NCBI GenBank assembly: GCA_002842145.1
Contig: PHCF01000006.1
Span: 3,983 to 67,982 of the forward strand
Reading direction: 5' to 3'
Source of the DNA: Betaproteobacteria bacterium HGW-Betaproteobacteria-6
GTDB taxonomy: Bacteria; Pseudomonadota; Gammaproteobacteria; Burkholderiales; Rhodocyclaceae
Length of the DNA stretch: 64,000 bases
The notes beneath the pieces were generated by a model. That model worked only from the letters and a program-made list of their open reading frames with translations. It had not been told where the DNA came from and did no database searches. Both the position numbers and the translations under genes were made by a program. This document shows positions 39,694-48,850 of this stretch, in pieces; position 1 is the first letter of the stretch, and each line of letters begins with the position of its first letter.

Positions 39694-39719
39694 GTAACCA
39701 AAGGCATTGATGCAACGAA
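39694..39719 (+). promoter_or_regulatory. SigF-type ECF promoter GTAACC-N16-CGAA (autoregulatory, sigF-nrsF)
   Basis: Plus strand reads GTAACCaaaggcattgatgcaaCGAA. It overlaps the first in-frame ATG (39710), which suggests the true start is downstream. Confidence 0.5.
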
Positions 39720-40282
39720 TAGATAGAGAAGCGGGGTTTCGCGCCAGGGAAGATCGCCTGAAGGATTTGCTGGTGCGCGGTCTTGCCGGCGATAACGCCG
39801 CCTATCAGGTGTTTTTGACGGAATTGAGTGCGCATCTGCGCGCCTTCCTGCGAAGACGCCTTGTCAGCTTGCCAGACGAAGTCGAGGATCTCGTGCAGGA
39901 AACGCTCCTGGCCGTACATAACCAGCGCCATACCTACGATAGCGCTCAGCCGTTGTCGGCTTGGGTGCAGGCCATTGCACGCTACAAGCTGGTCGATCTG
40001 TTCCGCCGGCGGGCCGGGCATGAGATGTTGAACGATCCGCTGGATGAGGAAATGGAACTGTTCACCACGGCGGATTCCGAGGCTGCCGAGGCGCGACGGG
40101 ATCTGAACAAGTTGCTGGCTGACCTGCCCGATCAGCTCCGCCTGCCGATCATGCACACCAAGCTGGAAGGATTGTCGGTAAAGGAAACGGCGGAAATGAC
40201 CGGCATGTCGGAGTCAGCCGTCAAGGTTGGCGTCCATCGAGGCCTGAAGGCGCTCGCTGCGAAGATACGAGGCATCACATGA
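39710..40282 (+). CDS. sigF: ECF sigma-70 family factor, SigF-like
   Basis: Region 2 ([18 protein letters not shown]) and region 4 ([25 protein letters not shown]). Followed by an overlapping NrsF gene. The real start may be GTG 39773 (AAGGA 7 nt upstream). Confidence 0.85.
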   Translation: MQRIDREAGFRAREDRLKDLLVRGLAGDNAAYQVFLTELSAHLRAFLRRRLVSLPDEVEDLVQETLLAVHNQRHTYDSAQPLSAWVQAIARYKLVDLFRRRAGHEMLNDPLDEEMELFTTADSEAAEARRDLNKLLADLPDQLRLPIMHTKLEGLSVKETAEMTGMSESAVKVGVHRGLKALAAKIRGIT

Positions 40283-40920
40283 AAACTGAAGATCTGATCA
40301 CCATGCTGGCAACCGGTGCCGGTCCCGTCGAGCAAGCAACTGCGACGCAGCGCTACGCGCTTGCCATCGGCTGGGGCGCGGCGGGCGCCACCCTGCTCAT
40401 GTTCATGCTCCTGCAGGTTCGTAACGATCTCGGTCAAGCGCTCCTGCTGCCGATGTTCTGGGTCAAGGTCGGGTTTGTCGCCAGTCTTGCCGCCGGTAGC
40501 CTGTTTGCTGCGCTCCGCCTGTCGCGGCCGGGGGCAGAAACCAGGTGGGTGCCGGTCGTGCTCAGCCTACCCGTCCTGGGTATCTGGGCCGTCGCCGCCT
40601 TCACGCTGATCGAGGCAGAGCCGATTGAGCGCTCGAAGCTATTTTTTGGCGACACCTGGAAATCCTGTCCGCTCCTGATTGCCTTGCTCTCGGTCCCGGT
40701 GTTTGTCGCCGTGCTGCGGTCCATGAAGGATTTGGCGCCAACCCGGCCGAGGCTGGCCGGTTTCGCCGCCGGTCTGCTTTCCGGCTCGGTTGCGGCCGTC
40801 GTCTATAGCCTGCATTGCCCTGAAATGGGGGCGCCATTCGTTGGCTTCTGGTACCTCCTGGGAACGCTGATTCCGGCCGGTGTCGGTGCCTTGCTCGGAA
40901 ACTCGGTTCTGCGCTGGTAG
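40279..40920 (+). CDS. nrsF: NrsF-family (DUF1109) membrane anti-sigma factor
   Basis: [19 protein letters not shown]... followed by six TM helices. ATGA overlap with sigF. Confidence 0.8.
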   Translation: MKTEDLITMLATGAGPVEQATATQRYALAIGWGAAGATLLMFMLLQVRNDLGQALLLPMFWVKVGFVASLAAGSLFAALRLSRPGAETRWVPVVLSLPVLGIWAVAAFTLIEAEPIERSKLFFGDTWKSCPLLIALLSVPVFVAVLRSMKDLAPTRPRLAGFAAGLLSGSVAAVVYSLHCPEMGAPFVGFWYLLGTLIPAGVGALLGNSVLRW

Positions 40921-41015
40921 CGGTCGTGTAGCGCCGTATTGGCGGGCGCAAAACCAGGATGCGATTTGGCGGTGGGCTTGGCATGCCCGCCCCGGGCCTA
41001 AGCGGGATTTCATTT

Positions 41016-41045
41016 TTTGGCCTTTTTTCCGGTTGACCGTGGGAT
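41016..41045 (+). repeat. Dispersed motif copy: TTTGGCCTTTTTTCCGGTTGACCGTGGGAT (intergenic)
   Basis: 23-mer TTTTTTCCGGTTGACCGTGGGAT is identical to the copies at 42707 and 51134. Confidence 0.85.
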
Positions 41046-41134
41046 AGACGTCAGCCGCCAGGCGGAGCCCAAAACCCCAAACAAGGGAAATCGCCAATAC
41101 GACGGATTCCGCACGCCAATGCAATAATCCGGTT

Positions 41135-42073
41135 ATGGAAATCCTCATTGAAATCATTCTCAAAGCCGGGCGTTCGGCCGTCGAGCTGGCCTTCTTCGTT
41201 CTGCTCCCCGTCATGGTCGTCATGCTCTCGCTCATGCGCCTGCTCGAAGCGCGCGGTGTGCTCGATTGGGTCGTCGCTCGTCTAGCTCCGCTACTCAAGC
41301 CGGTCGGGCTGACCGGGCTGGGCGTCTTCGCTGCCCTGCAGATCAACTTCGTGAGCTTCGCCGCCCCGATGGCGACGCTGACCATGATGGAACAGCGTGG
41401 CGCTTCCGACCGCCACATCGCCGCTACGCTGGCCATGGTTTTCGCCATGTCGCAAGCCAACGCAGCGTTGCCGATGATGACCATGGGCCTCGATCTGGCG
41501 CTGACCCTGACCTACTCGCTGATCGGCGGCTTGACCGCGGCGGCGGCGACTTATTACCTGTTCGGCCGGGCGTTGTCGAACAGTGAAAGCCGGCTCGACG
41601 AAACCCTGCATCATCCGGTCGCCGAGAGCGCCAAGGGGGTGCTCGATGTCATCAACCGGGCCGGGGCCGAGGCATTCAAGCTGTCCGTCGGGGCCATTCC
41701 GATGCTTGTCCTGTCGCTGGTCGTCGTTACCGCGCTGCGCAGCGGCGGCGCCATCGATGCGCTGACCCGCCTGCTGGAACCTGCGCTGACTGCGGCTTCC
41801 ATCGACAGCGCGCTGATCCTGCCGACGCTGACCAAATACATGGCCGGCGGCACGGCGATGATGGGGGTCATGGACGAAATGCGCAAAGCCGGCCAGATCA
41901 GCGTCGAACTGCTCAACGCCAGCGCCGGCTTCCTGATTTCCCCTTTCGATCTGCCCGGCGTCGCCGTGCTGATTTCCGCCGGGCCGCGCATCGCGGCGGT
42001 GTGGAAACCGGCGGCCCTCGGTGCTTGTATCGGTATCGCTGTACGCACTGTCGGACATATACTCGCGGTATGA
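41135..42073 (+). CDS. Nucleoside-recognition (Gate) domain membrane protein
   Basis: MEILIEIILKAGRSAVELAFFVLLPVMVVMLSLMRLLEARGVLDWVV... with multiple TM helices. Resembles the SpmA/SpmB-type Gate domain. Confidence 0.65.
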   Translation: MEILIEIILKAGRSAVELAFFVLLPVMVVMLSLMRLLEARGVLDWVVARLAPLLKPVGLTGLGVFAALQINFVSFAAPMATLTMMEQRGASDRHIAATLAMVFAMSQANAALPMMTMGLDLALTLTYSLIGGLTAAAATYYLFGRALSNSESRLDETLHHPVAESAKGVLDVINRAGAEAFKLSVGAIPMLVLSLVVVTALRSGGAIDALTRLLEPALTAASIDSALILPTLTKYMAGGTAMMGVMDEMRKAGQISVELLNASAGFLISPFDLPGVAVLISAGPRIAAVWKPAALGACIGIAVRTVGHILAV

Positions 42074-42423
42074 ACAGACGAACATTGCCCCGCTTGATCC
42101 TGGCTGCCGCGGCCGGCCTGACGATGGCCAGCGCGTCGGCTGCCGCCCTCAACCTGCTCGGTTTGGACGACATGTCGTGCACCGCCTGGAGCCAGTCGAA
42201 GGACGACGAAGACCAGCGTGCTGCCTACGTCGTCTGGGTGCGCGGCTTTTTGACCGGACATAACTACGCCTTGCCGAGCCAGCAGGTTTCGAACTTTTCC
42301 AGCGGGACGCTGGCGCTGAAACTGGATCAATATTGTCGGCGGAATCCGACCGGTCAGGTCAGCGATGCGGCGATGCGCCTGAGCGACGAGCTGTCCGGGC
42401 GCAACAAGCCGATAAAGAAATAA
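42070..42423 (+). CDS. Hypothetical exported protein (117 aa)
   Basis: ATGA overlap with the upstream gene. Signal peptide MNRRTLPRLILAAAAGLTMASASA. Two Cys. Confidence 0.5.
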   Translation: MNRRTLPRLILAAAAGLTMASASAAALNLLGLDDMSCTAWSQSKDDEDQRAAYVVWVRGFLTGHNYALPSQQVSNFSSGTLALKLDQYCRRNPTGQVSDAAMRLSDELSGRNKPIKK

Positions 42424-42750
42424 TCAGTCGGCTGCGTAATGAATGGCCAGCCAGATCGTCGGCTGGTCGGGGTCGGTCCATTCGACGCGGTGCCGACGAT
42501 GCGGGGCGATGTCGATGCAATCGCCAGGGGTGAGCTGAACAGGTTCCGGCGAGTCTTCAAAACGCAGCCTTGCCGCGCCCTGCAGAACCACCACCCATTC
42601 GCCCTCGGCCTGGTCGTACCAGAAATCCGCCGGGCTGCACTGGCCAGTCGACACGATGCGTTCTATACGCAGGCCGGGGCGCTGGAGCAGATTTGAAAAT
42701 TGCTCGTTTTTTCCGGTTGACCGTGGGATTGCGGCAAACAGGTTATCCAT
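42424..42750 (-). CDS. Cupin-domain protein
   Basis: WVVVLQGAARLRFED....LTPGDCIDIAPHRRHRVEWT is a cupin_2-type barrel motif. Confidence 0.75.
   Translation of the reverse strand: MDNLFAAIPRSTGKNEQFSNLLQRPGLRIERIVSTGQCSPADFWYDQAEGEWVVVLQGAARLRFEDSPEPVQLTPGDCIDIAPHRRHRVEWTDPDQPTIWLAIHYAAD
42707..42729 (+). repeat. Dispersed motif copy: TTTTTTCCGGTTGACCGTGGGAT (5' end of cupin gene, antisense)
   Basis: Identical 23-mer. Encodes ..AIPRSTGKN.. on the minus strand. Confidence 0.85.
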
Positions 42751-42755
42751 CTTCG

Positions 42756-43923
42756 TTACTCCGGCTTGTAGAGCGGCAGGGCGTCGAGGCGGCGTTCGAT
42801 CTCGGTGGTCAGTTGTCGGTAGGCCGGACTGCCCGTGTTGCCGAACTGGCGCCGGAACTCGGCTGCGCTGATCGATTCCGGCAGGTCGCTGATCAGCGGA
42901 ATCAGGTCGCCGTCGGAAAACGCCTTGTCGAGCAGCGCATCGAGACGTGGGGCCGCGCCGCTCAGCAACTCGCCGAAACGGGTCCCGGCCCGGTCGGCGG
43001 CGAGGTCGGCAAACGAAAAACCTCTGCCGTGACGGGCGTCAGCCATTTCCTTGTAAACACCGATGGCATCGGCCACCGGCTCGCCGGCCCAGGCGGCAAG
43101 GGTGGCGGAGACGACGAAATGCTGGGCGCTGTCGTTGCGCCCGGCCAGCATCAGCGCCACCGGGCGAAGCTGCGGCCAGTTGCGGGCTTCGGGAATGAGC
43201 GAGGCGGAGCAGGGGGCGCAGAACATCGGTCAGCGGCACCGGGCGGCCCGGTGCGTGGTGGTCGAGCATGGCAGCCAGCGATTCCTGGGCGGAGCGGATG
43301 CGGACCAGATCATCGGGCTGGAAGGCAATGGACCGGGCACGATCGAGCAGGGCCGGTTCCCAGACGTAGGCGACGACAATGCGCCGGTGCTGCGGGTCGA
43401 AGATCAATTGGCGGACGGCTTGGCGGGCCAGCCGCCATTCCGACCCGTAGCCGGCGGCCTGGATGGCCGAAGCGAGGGCGAATTCAAGTAATTCCGGCGG
43501 TATCGGCAGCCAGCCGATGGCGGCGGAAACGATCTTCGGCTCACCCTTGCCTTCGCGGAAGGTGGCGCGCAAATTGACGTAAGGCTCACCCGGCAACCAC
43601 GGCAGGCGGCGGCTGATGCGGATTTCCGCCGTTTCTTCGCCGAGGACGAGGGCGCCGCGCCCGCGCAGGCTGCGCCCGGTCAGATAGTTGATGCCTTCGT
43701 CGATCAGTGCGGCTGGAATGGCCGTCCGGCGGGCCTCGCCGGATTGCAGGCGGCGCGGGTCGTTGGTATGGAACAGCCAGCGCGCCTGATTGACCGCAGC
43801 TTGCGAGATGGTTTCGCCGCGCTCGACCAGCGGCTGGCTGTCGAGCGCCGCCAGCAATAGTCCGCCGGCGGCCAGCACGAGTACCAGCAGCGTGCCGGCC
43901 AGCCAGGCGAGGAGGCGAGTCAT
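42756..43923 (-). pseudogene. Membrane-anchored conserved hypothetical gene split by a 1-nt frame change (pseudogene or sequencing error)
   Basis: ORFs 43039-43923 and 42756-43226 overlap by 188 nt in different frames. Both have coding-like sequence only outside the overlap. Total span is 1168 nt (not a multiple of 3). A C5/G5 run lies at about 43213. Confidence 0.5.
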
Positions 43924-43941
43924 GGCTGACTCACCGCCGTC

Positions 43942-45021
43942 TTAGACGCCTTGTTTCAGGCTGGCCTCGATGAACGGATCGAGGTCGCCGTCGAGCACGC
44001 CTTGCGTGTTGCCGGTTTCGTGGTTGGTGCGCAGGTCCTTGATGCGGCTCTGGTCGAGCACGTAGGAGCGGATCTGGTGGCCCCAGCCGATGTCGGACTT
44101 GGCATCTTCGAGCTTCTGCTGTTCGGCCTGCTGCTTGCGCAACTCGAACTCGTAGATGCGGGCGCGCAGCATCTGCCAGGCTTCGTCGCGGTTGCGGTGC
44201 TGCGAACGGTCGTTCTGGCACTGTACGACGATGCCGGTCGGGACGTGGGTCAGACGCACGGCCGAGTCGGTCTTGTTGATGTGCTGACCGCCGGCACCGG
44301 AGGCGCGGTAGGTGTCGGTACGCACGTCGGCAGGGTTGATGTTGATCTCGATCGAGTCGTCGACTTCCGGAAAGACGAAAACGCTGGTGAACGAGGTGTG
44401 GCGACGGGCGGCAGAGTCGAACGGCGATTTGCGGACCAGGCGATGAATGCCGGTTTCGGTGCGTAGCGTGCCGTAGGCGTAGTCGCCGGTGAATTTGACG
44501 GTGGCGCTCTTCAGGCCGGCGACGTCGCCTTCCGACTCTTCCATGACCTCAACCGTGAAGCCCTTTTTCTCGCCGTACTTCAGGTACATGCGCAGCAGCA
44601 TCGAGGCCCAGTCTTGGGCTTCAGTACCGCCCGCACCAGCCTGAATTTCCAGGAAGCAGGGCATCGGATCGGACGGGTTGTTGAACATGCGGCGGAATTC
44701 GAGGGCGGCCACCTTCGTTTCCAGTTCGGCGTTGTCGGCTTCGACGGCAAGCAGGGTGTCTTCATCGCCGTCTTCCTTGCCCATGTCGAACAGTTCGCGG
44801 CCATCGTCGAGGCCGGCCGCAACTTCTTCCAGCACCAGCACGATATCTTCCAGCGATTTCTTTTCGCGCCCGAGTTCCTGGGCACGCTTGGCGTCGTCCC
44901 AGATTTTCGGGTCTTCCATCTCCTGCGTGAGGAGGGTCAGGCGCTCGCGTTTCTGATCGTAGTCAAAGATACCTCCGCAGCTCGGCGGCGCGCTGCGCCA
45001 GATCATGTGTTCGGCTTCCAT
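43942..45021 (-). CDS. prfB: Peptide chain release factor 2
   Basis: DYDQKRERL...; SPF tripeptide in VRKSPFD; GGQ motif in [19 protein letters not shown]. Coordinates run from the ATG of MEAEH..., which is continuous with the body of the protein. Confidence 0.9.
   Translation of the reverse strand: MEAEHMIWRSAPPSCGGIFDYDQKRERLTLLTQEMEDPKIWDDAKRAQELGREKKSLEDIVLVLEEVAAGLDDGRELFDMGKEDGDEDTLLAVEADNAELETKVAALEFRRMFNNPSDPMPCFLEIQAGAGGTEAQDWASMLLRMYLKYGEKKGFTVEVMEESEGDVAGLKSATVKFTGDYAYGTLRTETGIHRLVRKSPFDSAARRHTSFTSVFVFPEVDDSIEININPADVRTDTYRASGAGGQHINKTDSAVRLTHVPTGIVVQCQNDRSQHRNRDEAWQMLRARIYEFELRKQQAEQQKLEDAKSDIGWGHQIRSYVLDQSRIKDLRTNHETGNTQGVLDGDLDPFIEASLKQGV
44962..44968 (-). other. Canonical prfB +1 programmed-frameshift cassette (GGAGG TAT CTT TGA C)
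   Basis: Minus strand reads ...GAGCTGCGGAGGTATCTTTGACTACGAT. It has the SD-like GGAGG, the slippery CTT and the in-frame TGA followed by C. Confidence 0.7.
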
Positions 45022-45223
45022 GGTCGGGCGTCCAGATACTTGAAAACCGGACATTATAAAGGTTTAAGACGGGGCTTCGGGCATCGCTTTGGTGCCAATA
45101 TTTTTGCTGTCGAATGGCATAAATGCTTGCTGGGCGGGCGTAGAATGGGCTTGCTGCGTCGCAACAAACAACAGGAGGGAAGTCTCCTCCGCGGGCGGCG
45201 CGCTTTTCAGGGCTGGACCGAAA

Positions 45224-48200
45224 ATGAACAAGATGCTGACCATCGACGGTAACGAAGCCGTCGCCAACGTGGCTTACCGCGTTTCCGAAGTGATCGCGAT
45301 TTACCCGATCACCCCATCGTCCGGCATGGGCGAGCTGTCCGACGAATGGGCCGCACAAGGCAAAACCAATGTCTGGGATTGCGTCCCGCGCGTCGTCGAG
45401 CTGCAGTCCGAAGGCGGCGCCGCCGGCACGGTCCACGGGGCCCTGCAGGCCGGCTCGCTGGCGACGACCTTCACGGCGTCGCAGGGCCTGCTGCTCATGA
45501 TCCCGAACATGTACAAGATCGCCGGCGAACTGACGCCGACGGTGTTCCACGTTGCTGCCCGCACCGTCGCGACGCACGCGCTGTCGATCTTTGGCGACCA
45601 TTCGGACGTGATGGCGACGCGCGGGACGGGGTTTGCGCTACTGGCGTCGAATTCGGTCCAGGAAGCGCAGGACATGGCGGCCATCGCCTCGGCGGCGACG
45701 CTGGCCGGGCGTTTGCCGGTGCTGCATTTTTTTGATGGCTTCAGAACCTCGCATGAAGTGTCGAAGATTACCGGTATCGACGACGACGTCCTGCGCAAGA
45801 TGATCCCGCAGGCGCTGATTGCAGCCCATCGCCACCGCGCCCTGTCGCCGGAACACCCGGTGTTGCGCGGCAGTTCGCAGAATCCCGATGTCTTCTTCCA
45901 GGCCCGCGAGGCCCAGAACCCGTGGTTCGACGCTTTCCCTGGCGTCGTTCAGCAGGCCATGGACCACTACGGTGAACTGACCGGGCGGCAATACAAGCTG
46001 TTTGACTACGTCGGCGCGCCCGATGCCGAGCGCGTCATCATCATGATGGGCTCGGGAGCGGAAACGGCGCAGGAAACGGTCGAGCATCTGAACCGTCAAG
46101 GTGAGAAGGTCGGCCTGCTCAAGGTTCGCCTCTACCGGCCGTGGGCGCCGGATGCGCTGCTCGCAGCCTTGCCGGCGACGACCCAGGCTCTCGCCGTACT
46201 CGACCGCTGCAAGGAGCCGGGCGCCGACGGCGAGCCGTTGTTCAAGGATGCCATGGTGGCGCTGGCTGAAAACGCGAGCAGCGAATCGCCGCGCTTCGCC
46301 ACGCAGCCCAAGGTGATCGGCGGGCGCTACGGGTTGGCTTCCAAGGAATTCACGCCAGCCATGGTTTTTGCCATTTTTTCCCGGTTGACCGTAGGAATGG
46401 GCAACAAACGCTTCACCATCGGCATCAACGATGATGTGACGCACCTTTCGCTGCCCACCGACCCGACGTTCCGTACCGATGCCGTGCGCGAAACCTTCGG
46501 CGCCGTGTTCTACGGCCTGGGTTCGGACGGCACCGTTTCGGCCAACAAGAATTCGATCAAGATCATCGGCGACGAAACCGATCTGCATGCCCAGGGCTAT
46601 TTCGTTTACGACTCCAAGAAGTCGGGGGCGATGACGGTCTCGCACCTGCGTTTCGGCTCGCAGCCGATTCGTGCCACCTACCTGACCGGCGAGGGCGACG
46701 CCAGGTTCATCGCCTGCCATCAGCCGCTCTTCCTCGAAACGCACGACCTGCTGGCCCACGCCGCGTCGGGTGCCGTTTTCCTGCTCAACACGCCGGTCCC
46801 GGCCGACAAGGTGTGGGCCACGCTGCCGGCCACCATGCAGCAGCAGATGATCGCCAAACGCATCCGTTTTCACGTCATCGACGCCTACCAGGTCGCCCTC
46901 GAAGCCGACATGGGGCGGCGCATCAATACGGTCATGCAGACCTGCTTTTTCGCCATTTCCGGGATTCTTCCTCAGGACGAAGCTATCTCCGCGATCAAGC
47001 ATGCCGTCGAAAAGACCTACGGTCGGAAGGGGCGGCGCATTGCCGAACTGAACTACAAGGCCATCGACAAGACCCTGGTCTGTCTGCATGAAGTGCCGGT
47101 GCCGGACGAGTTTGCCGCATCCGACATCCGCATCTCCGAGCGCGCCGTTCAGCCGGCATCCGAATTCGTCCGCAAGCTGACGCTGCCGATGATCGCAGGC
47201 AAGGGCGACAGCCTGCCGGTCTCGCTGTTTCCGGCCGATGGCACCTTCCCGACCGGCACCGCCCAATACGAAAAGCGCAATTTGGCGCTGCAAATTCCGG
47301 TCCTTGAAACGGATCTGTGCACCCAGTGCGGCAAGTGTGTTTTCGTCTGCCCGCATTCCGCCATTCGCGCCAAGGCTTTTCCGCCCGAGCAGGTTGTCGA
47401 AGCGCCGGCAACATTCAAGACCATGGCCATCCGCAGCAAGGATTACCCGGCCGGTTGGCGGATGAGCTACCAGGTGGCGCCCGAGGATTGCACCGGTTGT
47501 ACCCTGTGCGTTGAGGTCTGCCCGATTCGCGATAAATCCAATGTTTCGCGCAAGGCGCTCAACATGGCCGAACAGGCGCCGTTGCGGGGTCCGGAAGCCG
47601 AAAACTGGGACTTTTTCCTCAAGCTGCCCGATTACGACCGCACGGTGGCCAAGCGCAACACCATTCCCGGCTCCATGCTGCTGCCACCGATGTTCGAGTT
47701 TTCCGGCGCCTGCGTCGGTTGTGGCGAAACGCCCTACATCCGGCTGGCGACACAGCTTTTCGGCGACCGCATGCTGGTCGCCAACGCGACCGGTTGCTCG
47801 TCGATTTACGGCGGCAATCTGCCGACTACGCCTTACACCACCGATGCCAACGGGCGCGGTCCGGCCTGGAGCAACTCGCTGTTCGAGGACAACGCCGAGT
47901 TCGGTCTCGGCATGCGCGTCGGTACCAACAAGCTGGTCGATGCGGCACGCGGGCAGTTGCGCGCCATGGCGCTGGAAATCGGCGACGCCCAGGTTCAGGC
48001 GCTGCTGCACGCCGACCAGAGCACGGAAGCCGGCATTCACGAACAACGCGAGCGGGTTGCCGCGCTGCTCGTCAAACTCTCGGCCATTGGTTCGCCAGCC
48101 GCCGATCAGCTGGCCGCCGTTGCCGAGTACCTCATCCGGCGCAGTGTGTGGATCATCGGCGGCGACGGCTGGGCCTACGACATCGGTTTCGGTGGTCTCG

Positions 48201-48850
48201 ACCATGTTCTGTCGTCGGGAGAGGACGTCAATATCCTCGTCCTCGACACCGAGGTCTATTCCAACACCGGCGGACAGAACTCCAAGGCGACGCCGCGCGG
48301 CGCCGTCGCCAAGTTCGCGGCCGGCGGCCAGCCCAACCGCAAGAAGGATCTGGCGCGCATCGCCATGGACTACGAGAACGTCTATGTCGCCCAGGTGGCC
48401 TACGGTGCCAAGGATGTGCACACGCTCAAGGCCTTCCTCGAGGCCGAAAGCTATCCCGGCGTCTCGATCATCATCGCCTACAGCCCGTGCATCGCGCATG
48501 GCGTCGATCTCTCGAACAACCTGCGCCAGCAGGATCTGGCCGTCAAGGCGGGGCACTGGCCATTGCTTCGGTACGACCCGCGTCTGCGCGGGCAGGGCAA
48601 GAATCCGCTGTCCGTCGATAGCGCCGCGCCGAGTATTCCGTTCAGCGATTTCGCCGGCAACGAAGCGCGCTTTACCATTCTTGAACGACTGAAGCCGGAC
48701 GCTTCGGTCTATTTCATGGCGCAAGCCGGCAAGGACGCCCGGCTGCGCCATCAGGAATATGTCGAACTCTCTGAAATGGTGCTGCCAGAGGCCGCCATCG
48801 ATGAAAAGGCCCAGGCGGCCGCCGAACAAAAGGAAGAACCGAATGCCTGA
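45224..48850 (+). CDS. nifJ: Pyruvate:ferredoxin/flavodoxin oxidoreductase (single-polypeptide PFOR)
   Basis: MLTIDGNEAVANVAYRVSEVIAIYPITPSS, two ferredoxin CxxCxxCxxxCP motifs (CTQCGKCVFVCP, CTGCTLCVEVCP) and the TPP domain GGDGWAYDIGFGGLDHV. An alternative ATG lies at 45233. Confidence 0.95.
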   Translation: MNKMLTIDGNEAVANVAYRVSEVIAIYPITPSSGMGELSDEWAAQGKTNVWDCVPRVVELQSEGGAAGTVHGALQAGSLATTFTASQGLLLMIPNMYKIAGELTPTVFHVAARTVATHALSIFGDHSDVMATRGTGFALLASNSVQEAQDMAAIASAATLAGRLPVLHFFDGFRTSHEVSKITGIDDDVLRKMIPQALIAAHRHRALSPEHPVLRGSSQNPDVFFQAREAQNPWFDAFPGVVQQAMDHYGELTGRQYKLFDYVGAPDAERVIIMMGSGAETAQETVEHLNRQGEKVGLLKVRLYRPWAPDALLAALPATTQALAVLDRCKEPGADGEPLFKDAMVALAENASSESPRFATQPKVIGGRYGLASKEFTPAMVFAIFSRLTVGMGNKRFTIGINDDVTHLSLPTDPTFRTDAVRETFGAVFYGLGSDGTVSANKNSIKIIGDETDLHAQGYFVYDSKKSGAMTVSHLRFGSQPIRATYLTGEGDARFIACHQPLFLETHDLLAHAASGAVFLLNTPVPADKVWATLPATMQQQMIAKRIRFHVIDAYQVALEADMGRRINTVMQTCFFAISGILPQDEAISAIKHAVEKTYGRKGRRIAELNYKAIDKTLVCLHEVPVPDEFAASDIRISERAVQPASEFVRKLTLPMIAGKGDSLPVSLFPADGTFPTGTAQYEKRNLALQIPVLETDLCTQCGKCVFVCPHSAIRAKAFPPEQVVEAPATFKTMAIRSKDYPAGWRMSYQVAPEDCTGCTLCVEVCPIRDKSNVSRKALNMAEQAPLRGPEAENWDFFLKLPDYDRTVAKRNTIPGSMLLPPMFEFSGACVGCGETPYIRLATQLFGDRMLVANATGCSSIYGGNLPTTPYTTDANGRGPAWSNSLFEDNAEFGLGMRVGTNKLVDAARGQLRAMALEIGDAQVQALLHADQSTEAGIHEQRERVAALLVKLSAIGSPAADQLAAVAEYLIRRSVWIIGGDGWAYDIGFGGLDHVLSSGEDVNILVLDTEVYSNTGGQNSKATPRGAVAKFAAGGQPNRKKDLARIAMDYENVYVAQVAYGAKDVHTLKAFLEAESYPGVSIIIAYSPCIAHGVDLSNNLRQQDLAVKAGHWPLLRYDPRLRGQGKNPLSVDSAAPSIPFSDFAGNEARFTILERLKPDASVYFMAQAGKDARLRHQEYVELSEMVLPEAAIDEKAQAAAEQKEEPNA
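46367..46398 (+). repeat. Dispersed motif copy: TTTGCCATTTTTTCCCGGTTGACCGTAGGAAT (inside PFOR gene, sense)
   Basis: Seen directly. Encodes AIFSRLTVGMG. Confidence 0.8.

Noticed and set aside
41016-41031. Reading the left arm of the dispersed motif (TGGCC-N6-7-CCGG) as a sigma-54 -24/-12 promoter.
   Set aside because: The -12 position carries CC/CG rather than the GC of TTGCW. In addition, several copies lie inside ORFs in either orientation.
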